Positions 56,149-64,000 of a DNA stretch of 64,000 nucleotides are shown piece after piece; positions within the stretch are counted from its first letter, which is position 1, and each line of letters starts with the position of its first letter. Position numbers and translations under genes: made by a program. This DNA is from an uncultured virus (IMG/VR IMGVR_UViG_3300034062_000589). Its lineage: Duplodnaviria > Heunggongvirae > Uroviricota > Caudoviricetes. Location of the stretch: the IMG/VR virus record IMGVR_UViG_3300034062_000589; one strand, 5' to 3'. The notes beneath the pieces are model-generated. The model did no database searches, was not told the origin of the DNA, and saw only the letters and a list, made by a program, of their open reading frames with translations.

Positions 56149-56867
56149 TACGGATTCACCTTAATCTTAGCCTGCCCATCGCGGTAAGCATCGCCACGCT
56201 CAAGACCTGTACCCAGACGATTCAGTTGACCCAGTGCTTCCTGATACTTCTTATCGTACTGTGCGATCAAATCAACTTCACCCTTTAAGAAGGTGTAAGC
56301 CTCAACCAAAGCACCGTACAGCAAGACAGGTGAGTAGTTATCGCTAAGCCATGTACGCCCATCTGCCGCCACCGTGATTGACTCTGGGTAATAAAAATAA
56401 TGTAACTCTACGTCGTAGTCATCATCCGGCGTTGGGCCAAGAATAAAACTCAGTTCATCAGAAACAACACCAGATGCGACTGTCGGGCCAAACAAGGCGT
56501 AGTACTGTGGCAGTCCAGTGCTCGATGGGTTGGGGTATGCCGCCCGGATGAAGTTCACATCTTTGTTCAATAGATACTCAAAATTGCCATTGCCATCAAT
56601 AACTGCAATTGAAAAAACCGACAAGAAGTCAGCCGGGCAAGACAGATACTTGTTTCCTGATGTGGTCAAACCTGTAACGTTTTTGCGAAGTGCAGGAATC
56701 TGCACCGTGTTGTATATGCGCTCTTCAGCTTGCGCAATAAAAAAGTTGATCTGTTCGGTGCCGCCAGACGTAGTTACGCCTGTACCTGCTACGTCCGTCC
56801 ACGTGTTTGCGGGGAAGTCGTTTTGCAGGTAGTTCTTAACAGCAATGAACAGTTCGTTGTACGTCAT
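56148..56867 (-). CDS. Head-tail adaptor-like protein
   Basis: FIAQAEERI, G.PQYYA, GPTPD, LLYGALVEAY. Confidence 0.65.
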   Translation of the reverse strand: MTYNELFIAVKNYLQNDFPANTWTDVAGTGVTTSGGTEQINFFIAQAEERIYNTVQIPALRKNVTGLTTSGNKYLSCPADFLSVFSIAVIDGNGNFEYLLNKDVNFIRAAYPNPSSTGLPQYYALFGPTVASGVVSDELSFILGPTPDDDYDVELHYFYYPESITVAADGRTWLSDNYSPVLLYGALVEAYTFLKGEVDLIAQYDKKYQEALGQLNRLGTGLERGDAYRDGQAKIKVNP

Positions 56868-57121
56868 GCCATCGGACCCCTAGCCATCAAGCCTTTAGTT
56901 GCAGCGCCGGTACCACGAATCTTAATGCCGGTAGTCTTGGTTTCTTTGTAGTTACCCTTGGACAAGCCCGCAACTGACGGGTTCATCTCGTTTATTACTT
57001 TAGCGCCTGCTGTGTAAGGCAGCTCGCCTTTAACTTTTTTACCGTCCATGGTGTGTGGCTCCGCGTAAACAGCAGCTTGGCCTACTTCTTTGCCACCCTG
57101 CTTTTGTGAAAATTTAGCCAT
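56864..57121 (-). CDS. Small basic protein
   Basis: GIKIRGTGAATKG motif. Confidence 0.7.
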   Translation of the reverse strand: MAKFSQKQGGKEVGQAAVYAEPHTMDGKKVKGELPYTAGAKVINEMNPSVAGLSKGNYKETKTTGIKIRGTGAATKGLMARGPMA

Positions 57122-57123
57122 GA

Positions 57124-57306
57124 TTAGCCCGATTTTTGATTGGCGACCCGAGCCAGATTGCGACCCATGGACTTCATCTGTTCTGAAGTCACGCCGCCCT
57201 TAGCCATTTTCTTGGCACCGTGCATACGCTGCTCATGGCCCTTGACTGCTTTCTTAGCAATCTTCTCCATGACCGGCTTATCTTTTTTAATGTCGCTGTG
57301 TTTCAT
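57124..57306 (-). CDS. Small basic protein
   Basis: Lys-rich; MAKGG motif. Confidence 0.7.
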   Translation of the reverse strand: MKHSDIKKDKPVMEKIAKKAVKGHEQRMHGAKKMAKGGVTSEQMKSMGRNLARVANQKSG

Positions 57307-57314
57307 GTTAACTC

Positions 57315-57722
57315 CTATGCAATGGTTACACTACCTATTACGCCTCTAGAGGTCAAAGCATTTGGCGTTAACGCCGCATCATTCGCACTTGACCCACCTA
57401 CCGGTGCCCAACCCCACTGGAACACTCGGCTACCACCTGACGGGTCACCAAAGTCTGTGTTCAACGTCAACTGTAATCCCGTATAACCCGCCTGTCTGTA
57501 ACTCACATCTGGGCGTGGTTCCCGTACGGCTTGGGGGTCTTGCACTGGGTACATACCTAACTGCAACTGCGGCTGATCGGGTTCCCAGCACGACGGGCAT
57601 ACTTTAATACTGACCTGCTTTGTCTTGATGATAAGCTTCTTCAGGACCTTCAGCTTGAACCGAAATCCACACCGATCACATTCCGAGATCGAATTCTTAC
57701 CTGAACTGAACCTGTTGCCCAT
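57315..57722 (-). CDS. Zinc-ribbon virion-associated protein
   Basis: CDRCGF...VCPSCWEPDQPQL...DPQAVREPRPD. Confidence 0.7.
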   Translation of the reverse strand: MGNRFSSGKNSISECDRCGFRFKLKVLKKLIIKTKQVSIKVCPSCWEPDQPQLQLGMYPVQDPQAVREPRPDVSYRQAGYTGLQLTLNTDFGDPSGGSRVFQWGWAPVGGSSANDAALTPNALTSRGVIGSVTIA

Positions 57723-57724
57723 CG

Positions 57725-58468
57725 TTACGAGATGAAATACTCACGTGGTACAAACCGATCCGCAGCTTTCTCACGGTCCTCAGACGACGCCAAGTCCCAA
57801 GCCTCGTCATACATCATCTTTAAACCCGCCAAGCGATCTGGTGCCACCTCGGGCTTCTTCACCGCAATCATATACGCCAGACCTGCCACTAAGCAATTCT
57901 GAAAACGGAACGGGATGTCTGGCACATTTACGCCATCACCCGCGTCAAAAATACGCTTCAAGCGCCAGTAGTAAAACACGTAGTAAGGGTTAAGCTGCGT
58001 GCCCTGATCCGGCGCGGGCCACACATTAATCTGTGGGTTAGCCGAAGTTGCACCAATTAAGTCGGTCGTCTGTCCACTCTGGCGGTTAATCCACACCTGA
58101 ATCGGACGGCCTTGCGCCAGCTTGTTAGGGATAGTCGAGTAGGTCGAGACGGAAATCCGGGTGATGTTCAGGTCAGTCTGGTTAGGGCCTTGGTTGGAAT
58201 CCGTACGAATAACGTGCTCAATCAAGTCCACGGTGTCGTTAGGCAAGTTGTAGGTCGTCTGGCCCTGCACCAAGTTGATCGAGCCTTCCTCGATGGTCCA
58301 GAGGTTTATACCCCGGTTGGCCCACTCACCCAACAGGAAGTTAAGGCTACGCCGCGCTGTGCGGAAGTCGTAGCCCGTGCGCAACTCCAAGCCGCAACGC
58401 TCAAACGCCTCTTCGAATATCTCGTTGAGGGTCGGGTTAAACGTCGATACTGAGGTTGTGACGGCCAT
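57725..58468 (-). CDS. Head-tail adaptor/tail tubular A-like protein
   Basis: EEAFERCG, ARRSLN, EWANRGINLWT, WPAPD, PFRF..CLVAGLAY. Confidence 0.65.
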   Translation of the reverse strand: MAVTTSVSTFNPTLNEIFEEAFERCGLELRTGYDFRTARRSLNFLLGEWANRGINLWTIEEGSINLVQGQTTYNLPNDTVDLIEHVIRTDSNQGPNQTDLNITRISVSTYSTIPNKLAQGRPIQVWINRQSGQTTDLIGATSANPQINVWPAPDQGTQLNPYYVFYYWRLKRIFDAGDGVNVPDIPFRFQNCLVAGLAYMIAVKKPEVAPDRLAGLKMMYDEAWDLASSEDREKAADRFVPREYFIS

Positions 58469-58648
58469 TTACTTCTTTCCCATTTTCTTCAAGGTTTGGG
58501 CAAGTCGCGCTCGTTGGCCCAATTTTCCGGGTTTCTGAGCAGCGGCAGCGAGCTTCTTTGCCGGGATAGGCTTTCCCTCTTTTGCGCCAAGCTGAGCACG
58601 CAGGGCACCGGGCTTTTTGATTGCCTTTTGTATCCATTTCTCAGCCAT
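58469..58648 (-). CDS. 59-aa Lys-rich protein
   Basis: MAEKWIQKAIKKPGALRAQLG...RARLAQTLKKMGKK; coupled on both sides; not in the ORF track. Confidence 0.75.
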   Translation of the reverse strand: MAEKWIQKAIKKPGALRAQLGAKEGKPIPAKKLAAAAQKPGKLGQRARLAQTLKKMGKK

Positions 58649-58881
58649 TACCTAAACCCCGCTGTTTTCTTCGCAACGTCCTTGGGCTGTGCAACGAACT
58701 GCTTACCCTTTGCTTTCCCTGCCCGCTTTGCCTTCGTCGTGGCGGCATACTCGGCTGGGCTTAGTGCCTTGATTGCCTTTTCCGGGAGGTAACGCTCCCC
58801 GGTCTTTGACGACGGCTTTCCGCTTTTGGTTCGCCATTTCTGGTCTCCCCAGTCTTTCAGCGACTTTTGCGGGGCTTTCAA
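58648..58881 (-). CDS. Small Lys-rich protein
   Basis: SLKDW..QKWRTKSGKPS..TGERYLP. Confidence 0.75.
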   Translation of the reverse strand: MKAPQKSLKDWGDQKWRTKSGKPSSKTGERYLPEKAIKALSPAEYAATTKAKRAGKAKGKQFVAQPKDVAKKTAGFR

Positions 58882-59153
58882 TCTCTGTACCCACCGCCAG
58901 CGGCTTTGTACTTCTTAGCCACCAGCTGCGCTTTGCGGGCTGACCACTGACCTGCACCCGTGCCATGAGTTGCTGCGGACTTCACTTGGCTTACGATCTT
59001 CTTGCGAAGCTCCGGCTTGGTGTAGTTACCAGCAGCGTTAACCTTCCCACCTTCTTTGTACTGAGTAAAGTCGGTGTCATCCCGCCGCGCTTTCTTCTTC
59101 GCTTTGGGCATCTTGGAAGGGTTAATGTCACCCATACCACGCGAGGCCATCAT
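58878..59153 (-). CDS. Small Lys-rich protein
   Basis: YKEGG, NYTKPELRK, GQWSARKAQL. Confidence 0.75.
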   Translation of the reverse strand: MMASRGMGDINPSKMPKAKKKARRDDTDFTQYKEGGKVNAAGNYTKPELRKKIVSQVKSAATHGTGAGQWSARKAQLVAKKYKAAGGGYRD

Positions 59154-59154
59154 C

Positions 59155-59361
59155 TCAGCACTTACCGCCGGACTTCATGCCCTTGTTACCAGCCATGACA
59201 ACCATCTTGCCCTTAGTCTTGCCTTTGACAGCCAGACCATCACGGCTAGGAGCAGCAGTCTTAACTTTGCCCATCGCTGTTGCGCCACCACCGGCCATTT
59301 TCTTAGCTGGGGCTTTTTTCTTCATCATTGCCATAAAACCTGCGTTCATCTTCGATGCCAT
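59155..59361 (-). CDS. Small Lys/Met-rich protein
   Basis: AAGGAG RBS before MASKMNAG; MAGGG and MKSGG. Confidence 0.7.
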   Translation of the reverse strand: MASKMNAGFMAMMKKKAPAKKMAGGGATAMGKVKTAAPSRDGLAVKGKTKGKMVVMAGNKGMKSGGKC

Positions 59362-59380
59362 GTGAATCTCCTTGAATGGG

Positions 59381-60292
59381 TTAGTACATCTTGCCTCTGG
59401 TTTTACCACGCATAGCGATACCGTCAGCACGCTTGGATGGAGTCATGCCGCCGCTTTTAAACATACTACCTTGCTCTTTCAAGCGGGTTTTCTCGCCCTT
59501 CTGATACGTGTCCTGCTCTTTCTTGACCTTCTGGTCGCGTTCACGATTTTCCTTCGCTTCACGGGCAAAGGCTGGCATCGGGGCTTTCTTAGGCTCAGGC
59601 TTGCTCGAAGTCATACCGCCGTCAGCGTACTTTTTGACCACGCCGCCATTTTTGTAACGTGACTTCATTTCCTCTTCGCGTCGTCTTTGCACTTCGCGTG
59701 CGCGTTCTGACATCGTCTGCGCTGGTGTACGCGCCATACTCTTACCCGAGCTTTCGAAAGTACCCGCGATAGGATTTGCCGAACGACCCTTGGCTGTCGT
59801 TGCTTTTTTAATTGCGGCTGCTTTATCCGCAGCTTTCTTAGCCGCCGCTTCTTTCTCAGGGTAAGGCTTCGACGGACGCTCTTCGTTAGGTTTTGCTTTA
59901 TTTCCCGCCGCAATACCAGCATCAAGACCAGTAGTCGAAACCGAGCCTTGCTTACTTGTTGACGTAGTCTTAGCAGAAGGCGCAGTTTTCTTAACCGCAG
60001 GCGTCGTAGTTTTCTTAGTTGTGATGTCGTCGTTCGTAGCATCGCCCATCTCAGGACGCCCCTTCGACGCAGCCATCGCACGTTGCTTAGCAGCATCGTC
60101 TTCCGTGTCCATCATCGACTTAATAACGGGTTTTGCCGTGGACTCGCCACTACCCTCGTTACCAGTAGCAGCGTCTTTTTTCTTACGCGATAGCAGATAG
60201 GCCAATGTGCCCAAGCCAGCCAGAGCACCGACAGTGCCGCCAACATCGAAGCGTTTAGTGCGGGCCGAGCCCTTAACAGGCTTAGTCTTCAT
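59381..60292 (-). CDS. Lys/Ala-rich protein with several xxxGG motifs
   Basis: FDVGG, YKNGG, YADGG, FKSGG. Confidence 0.75.
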   Translation of the reverse strand: MKTKPVKGSARTKRFDVGGTVGALAGLGTLAYLLSRKKKDAATGNEGSGESTAKPVIKSMMDTEDDAAKQRAMAASKGRPEMGDATNDDITTKKTTTPAVKKTAPSAKTTSTSKQGSVSTTGLDAGIAAGNKAKPNEERPSKPYPEKEAAAKKAADKAAAIKKATTAKGRSANPIAGTFESSGKSMARTPAQTMSERAREVQRRREEEMKSRYKNGGVVKKYADGGMTSSKPEPKKAPMPAFAREAKENRERDQKVKKEQDTYQKGEKTRLKEQGSMFKSGGMTPSKRADGIAMRGKTRGKMY

Positions 60293-60467
60293 CTTTTTTC
60301 CCCTTGCGCAGGAGGCCCTGCACGGTTTTGGTTTCGTAAATACGTAGCGCCGTCCAGACTATCGTGAACAACGCGGCTACCGCAGGTAACACTTCCATGA
60401 GCGTACCGACCACAGTCACAATCGAAAGCGCATCTGCGGCAGTCTTCGCCGTTTCGTGATGTTCCAT
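60282..60467 (-). CDS. Small membrane protein (holin-like)
   Basis: Two hydrophobic stretches and a basic C-terminus. Confidence 0.6.
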   Translation of the reverse strand: MEHHETAKTAADALSIVTVVGTLMEVLPAVAALFTIVWTALRIYETKTVQGLLRKGKKDED

Positions 60468-60722
60468 TTAGCACTTCCATCTTTTTAGTGACGCTGCTTT
60501 GCGTGTAGGCTTGCCGTTCTCGTCCTTCATAGGGCCGGGCATACCTGACATACGCGCACAGAACGACTTCTTACGTGGGCCACCCTCTGGCTGTGGAGCC
60601 TTCAGGTTTGACCCGGTTGCCTTGTTGTACTTAGCACGGCCTTTAGCAGTCAAACCCGCCCCCTGCTTGACCGGAAGCTTTTCGCCACGACCGACTGCAA
60701 GGGATGGAGTTTTCTTAGCCAT
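60468..60722 (-). CDS. Small basic protein
   Basis: GAGLTAKGRAKYN...RKKSFCARM...LKRWKC; start MAKKTPS. Confidence 0.75.
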   Translation of the reverse strand: MAKKTPSLAVGRGEKLPVKQGAGLTAKGRAKYNKATGSNLKAPQPEGGPRKKSFCARMSGMPGPMKDENGKPTRKAASLKRWKC

Positions 60723-60987
60723 AGAACACCACAATAGTTGCGTTTGCCAGCGTAGCGTGTACATCAGTGTTGAACTTGATGCCTTCGCCGGGGAACAGAA
60801 TATGCTCTGACCCTGCTGCTGCCGGAGCAGTAAACGAGAACCGTGTGGTGCCGCCTGAACCGCCATCTTTAAGCACAACCGTACCACCCGTGGCGTAGCT
60901 GACTGTCACCGCTTTTACACGGGTCGGGCCACCATAGGCGGAGTTGGTCGATGTTACCTGTGCGGCCTTAACGTCTGTTTGCATCAT
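60715..60987 (-). CDS. Small beta-rich virion protein
   Basis: PGEGIKF...VFYG; GGAGG RBS. Confidence 0.7.
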   Translation of the reverse strand: MMQTDVKAAQVTSTNSAYGGPTRVKAVTVSYATGGTVVLKDGGSGGTTRFSFTAPAAAGSEHILFPGEGIKFNTDVHATLANATIVVFYG

Positions 60988-61003
60988 GGTGATGCCTCCT
61001 TAA

Positions 61004-61453
61004 TTAGACGTTTTGCTGACCAGCCAGCGGATCGACAACGAAGTAAGTGATGAAGCCACCAACAGTACCGCTGCCCGAAGTGTCGTCACGCGAAGTAACG
61101 AAAGCCGTTTCAGTCGATGCAGTCAGGGTCAGGCCAGATGTAATCACACCAGCAGCCGCAACAGACAGGTTATTAGCGATTGCCGCAGGAGCAGCAGTGC
61201 CGGAAGTCACGCCCGTTGTACCGATGTCGATAGAACCTGCACCTGCGTCGTTAATAACAACAGACAGGACAACTGCACCAGCGGGCAGAATCAGGTTAGG
61301 AGCGCCAGAAACGGAAGAGACTTTAACGTTGCCAGCAGCAGATGCGTCAGCAATGTAGAACTGAGCAGCCATGACGCCGGAGCCACAATAAGCGGTACGA
61401 GTTTGATCGCCGCCGCCCGAACGCCAGATGCTTTGGGTAGTAGAAAGTGCCAT
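61004..61453 (-). CDS. Virion (decoration-like) protein
   Basis: ILPAGAVVLSV beta-rich, 149 aa. Confidence 0.65.
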   Translation of the reverse strand: MALSTTQSIWRSGGGDQTRTAYCGSGVMAAQFYIADASAAGNVKVSSVSGAPNLILPAGAVVLSVVINDAGAGSIDIGTTGVTSGTAAPAAIANNLSVAAAGVITSGLTLTASTETAFVTSRDDTSGSGTVGGFITYFVVDPLAGQQNV

Positions 61454-61461
61454 TTGAGTTT

Positions 61462-61537
61462 TCCCTCATGCGGTTAAGCGCGACGATCTGCATGAAGTCA
61501 GCCGGGACTGTTCGTTCGCGCCGGGTACACCCGGTTT
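61462..61537 (-). ncRNA. Structured leader RNA with potential pseudoknot (Mu-gpT-DE-like position)
   Basis: CCGGG/CCCGG hairpin; GCGCGA-CGA/TCG-TCGCGC stem; internal TTCATGC can pair with GCATGAG at the RBS. Confidence 0.5.
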
Positions 61538-61543
61538 GCTCTC

Positions 61544-61572
61544 TTTATACTAGGTGGAATGGGGGGTGTCAA
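61544..61572 (-). promoter_or_regulatory. Sigma70 promoter in the 3' end of the endonuclease gene
   Basis: TTGACA-17 bp-TATAAA. Confidence 0.7.
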
Positions 61573-62410
61573 GGTGTTTTTCGATATACTCCGCAGCCTT
61601 CCGAAGCAAGTCTGGACGGTCACGAAATCCGCCTAAAGCCTTGTTGCAAGCCGAGCAAAGTAACGCACGAATTTTACCTGTCGCATGGCAATGGTCCACC
61701 GGCATTCGGCGTGGAATACCCTGTTTATCTACGCCTGTCTCAAGCTCCCCGCAGATATCGCACCGATGGTTTTGTGTCTCAGCCATGCGTTGGTAGTCTT
61801 GCAACGTTATGCCAAACATTTTTTTTAATTCCGCATTTTTTACTTTTTCTGGGTTGGCGTTTCGCCATGTTCTTTGCCATGCGGCAGTATCCTTACTTGG
61901 TATCGCTTCCTTCCAATGCCAATTATGGGGGCCCAGCGCCTGCTTAGGGTCAATCTTACGTAGCATATGCCCGTTAGGACGCTCACCAACGGCGTCTACA
62001 AACAACCAAAAATCATCAGCCCATTCTTTGCACATGCCGTTCGGTTTACGACGGTGCCAGTGGTATGACTGGTATAGCGGATGAGATTCTCGTGCACCCC
62101 AATCTGCGCGGCGTGGCTGTTCAACGGTTCCGTGGCGGCTAAACCTGAACAGGTGTTTTTGACAATACCCTGATTTTAGAGTTAGTTGCGGGTCAGTGCA
62201 GCCGGGAACGGTACACGTGGGGCGAGAGGATTTTTGCTTTGCTCTGTAATGTTCGGCGCAGAGATCGCCGCGAAACGATTTGTTTTGGCACCCAGAAAAA
62301 GAACAAGGAGCAGCCGTCGCCAGCCGCTCCTGTTCATAGTGCTTTCGGCAGATTCCCCGTGCGAACACGGGGTTTCCACAGTTGGTGTGACTACATTCGG
62401 TGTACTCCAT
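61550..62410 (-). CDS. Free-standing endonuclease VII-family (homing-type) nuclease with three N-terminal Zn-finger repeats
   Basis: C-x4-C...C..H three times; FGITLQDY...Q..RCDIC...VDHCHATGKIRALLCSACN. Confidence 0.9.
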   Translation of the reverse strand: MEYTECSHTNCGNPVFARGICRKHYEQERLATAAPCSFSGCQNKSFRGDLCAEHYRAKQKSSRPTCTVPGCTDPQLTLKSGYCQKHLFRFSRHGTVEQPRRADWGARESHPLYQSYHWHRRKPNGMCKEWADDFWLFVDAVGERPNGHMLRKIDPKQALGPHNWHWKEAIPSKDTAAWQRTWRNANPEKVKNAELKKMFGITLQDYQRMAETQNHRCDICGELETGVDKQGIPRRMPVDHCHATGKIRALLCSACNKALGGFRDRPDLLRKAAEYIEKHLDTPHST

Positions 62411-62439
62411 ACAACCTCCGATTTATTAGACCAGAGGTT

Positions 62440-62468
62440 ATTGTATGGAGCAGCCCTTGTGTTGTCAA
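62440..62468 (-). promoter_or_regulatory. Sigma70 promoter for the endonuclease, overlapping the capsid stop codon
   Basis: TTGACA-17 bp-TACAAT. Confidence 0.7.
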
Positions 62469-63373
62469 GCCCCTTGGCTACCGAACATGCCCAGTGGATC
62501 ACTGAAGCCGAAGCTGTATCGCTCACGTGATTTGTATCTCACGTTGCCCGTATCGAAGTCCCCATCCATGGAATTGGACATCGGCGTACGAACAAAGTGC
62601 TTCATGCCGTTTGGAACGTCAGTGGTCAGGAACCATGCGTTGTTATCGGTCAAGTAGTGATTGATCGTATAGCCTTCTGGGATCGAACCGTTGTTCTTGA
62701 TCGCGTTGATGTCGTTGTCGTTAGTACCGACACGCAGCGATGTCTCCAGCAGACGTGTTGCCACGAACTGCAATGCTGGAGGAACAACCAGCTTCTTCGG
62801 CTTAGCTGCAATCAGCAGGCCACGTTCATCAGTCCATGCAGCGATCTGAATAACGGCGGCTTCCAGAGAAGTCTCGTTCAAGTCAGCAGGGGTTGCTGCA
62901 ATGTTGCTGTTGACGCCACCAGAGACCAGAGGGTGATTAGCCGAGAACAGAGCTACGCCATCGCCACCGGGGTAGCTGTTGGAGAAGCCGTTGTTCAGGA
63001 CGTTTGCAGCCTTGACCTGCTTGGTGTAAGCCATGGCACGAGCCAGCGACTTGGTGTAACGAGCAGACAGGCTGTCGTACAGGTTGTCCTCGATGGCCTC
63101 TTCGGTCAGCGAGAAACCAAGAGCGATGGTTTCGTGGTTGTATCGAGCGGTCCAAGCTTCCTGCGCATTGTCATAAGCAATTGCAGAGCCTTCGTTCTTG
63201 ACTGGAGCAGCCGAGAAGCCCGACAGTTTTGTTTCTTCTTCGAAGGAACGCTCGGAAGTCTCAGTTTCGTAGATTTCCTTGTGCTCTTCGCCGTAGCGAG
63301 CGTACTCCATACCGAACAATGCGTTCAGGCCGGGGAGCAGTTCTTTAAGTAGTTGTGCGCGTGAAATAGCCAT
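62465..63373 (-). CDS. Major capsid protein (Mu gpT-like, HK97 fold)
   Basis: MAISRAQLLKELLPGLNALFG, PVKNEG, PKKLVVPPAL, YKSRERYSFG; AAGGAG RBS. Confidence 0.9.
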   Translation of the reverse strand: MAISRAQLLKELLPGLNALFGMEYARYGEEHKEIYETETSERSFEEETKLSGFSAAPVKNEGSAIAYDNAQEAWTARYNHETIALGFSLTEEAIEDNLYDSLSARYTKSLARAMAYTKQVKAANVLNNGFSNSYPGGDGVALFSANHPLVSGGVNSNIAATPADLNETSLEAAVIQIAAWTDERGLLIAAKPKKLVVPPALQFVATRLLETSLRVGTNDNDINAIKNNGSIPEGYTINHYLTDNNAWFLTTDVPNGMKHFVRTPMSNSMDGDFDTGNVRYKSRERYSFGFSDPLGMFGSQGA

Positions 63374-63385
63374 GATTTATGCTCC

Positions 63386-64000
63386 TTAAGCCACGCCAAC
63401 GGCGTTGTTGTACGAATGGTAGCCAAAGTTAAATTTGACGATCAGTTCGGTATAGCCATTTACGGTTGCAGTGTCAGGAACACCATCAACTACTCGCAGC
63501 GGCAGGGAAGTGCTTACCGCATTGGCAAACACACCAGTTTTTGAATTACCAGCAGTGGTATTAGGCGAGTTCAGAATCAGAGTGGCGTTATTGCCCACAA
63601 CGACTTGAGACACGGCGCTGATAACCAGACCAGTGGTATTAATGGTGTTGCCAACCGAAACAGCTTTGTAAAGCTGGTCGGGATCATCCGCAACGTACGC
63701 ATACGCATCTGTCACGCCAGACGCAAAACCGGGCCAAAACTGGCTGAAGGTCTTTTGCTTAGTCACAGGGTTGGTATAAGTACAGCCGAGGAATACACCA
63801 ACGACACCAGCAACCGGAGTTGCGTCCGTATCTAGAGTCGAGATGATGATTGTGCTATTTGCTTGGCTCAACTGAACCACATCACCATAATAGATAGGGG
63901 TGTTGTAGTTAATCGAACCACCACCGTTACCGGGGGTAGCAGTAATAGGCAACTGACGAGTTGCGCCTGCGAAGACCTGACCACCAATCAGATTAATTGG
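63386..64000 (-). CDS. Conserved virion protein; 5' end is off the window edge; alternative allele of 1-454
   Basis: Open frame PINLIGGQVFAG...VGVFLGCTYT...VADDPD...VKFN. Confidence 0.85.
   Translation of the reverse strand, partial: PINLIGGQVFAGATRQLPITATPGNGGGSINYNTPIYYGDVVQLSQANSTIIISTLDTDATPVAGVVGVFLGCTYTNPVTKQKTFSQFWPGFASGVTDAYAYVADDPDQLYKAVSVGNTINTTGLVISAVSQVVVGNNATLILNSPNTTAGNSKTGVFANAVSTSLPLRVVDGVPDTATVNGYTELIVKFNFGYHSYNNAVGVA
63586..64000. repeat. Terminal overlap, copy 2; matches 1-415
   Basis: 127 nt identical, then about 10% divergent. Confidence 0.95.

Noticed and set aside
1..64000. Prophage with host flanks or a lysogeny module
   Set aside because: No host genes, att sites or recombinase recognised; the sequence closes as a circle

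Overview
The window is essentially one complete, circularly permuted dsDNA tailed-phage genome with a unit length of about 63,585 bp. Positions 1-415 recur at 63586-64000 as a diverged allele of the same gene. There are two divergent arms. The + strand early/replication arm (8012-32653) carries many small genes, an AAA/peptidase-VWA cluster, family A DNA polymerase, PD-(D/E)XK nuclease, SNF2 helicase, a putative SSB and an AEP primase-DUF927 helicase. The - strand morphogenesis arm runs from 7602 to 1 and continues from 64000 to 32738: terminase, portal, GroES, scaffold, Mu-gpT-like major capsid, small basic proteins, adaptors, fibres, lysis cassette and large internal virion proteins. No tail tube or tape-measure gene was recognised, which suggests a podovirus-like phage. 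The capsid/portal style resembles uncultured aquatic vSAG 37-F6/HTVC023P-like phages (from recall, not searched). Nested Rz/Rz1 spanins imply a Gram-negative host. No integrase, tRNA or CRISPR array was seen. The strongest unexplained signals are: (1) a 13-bp palindrome CTAACAWTGTTAG with 14 perfect and 4 near-perfect copies confined to 7.9-26 kb; (2) a candidate ~70-nt sRNA at the arm convergence whose CUCCU motifs are 11-12 nt complementary to specific phage ribosome-binding sites; (3) a recurring [MFY]xxGG motif shared by small basic and internal virion proteins; (4) an endonuclease VII gene with an RBS-sequestering hairpin overlapped by its own promoter, followed by a pseudoknotted leader RNA. 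All family assignments come from motif recognition by eye.
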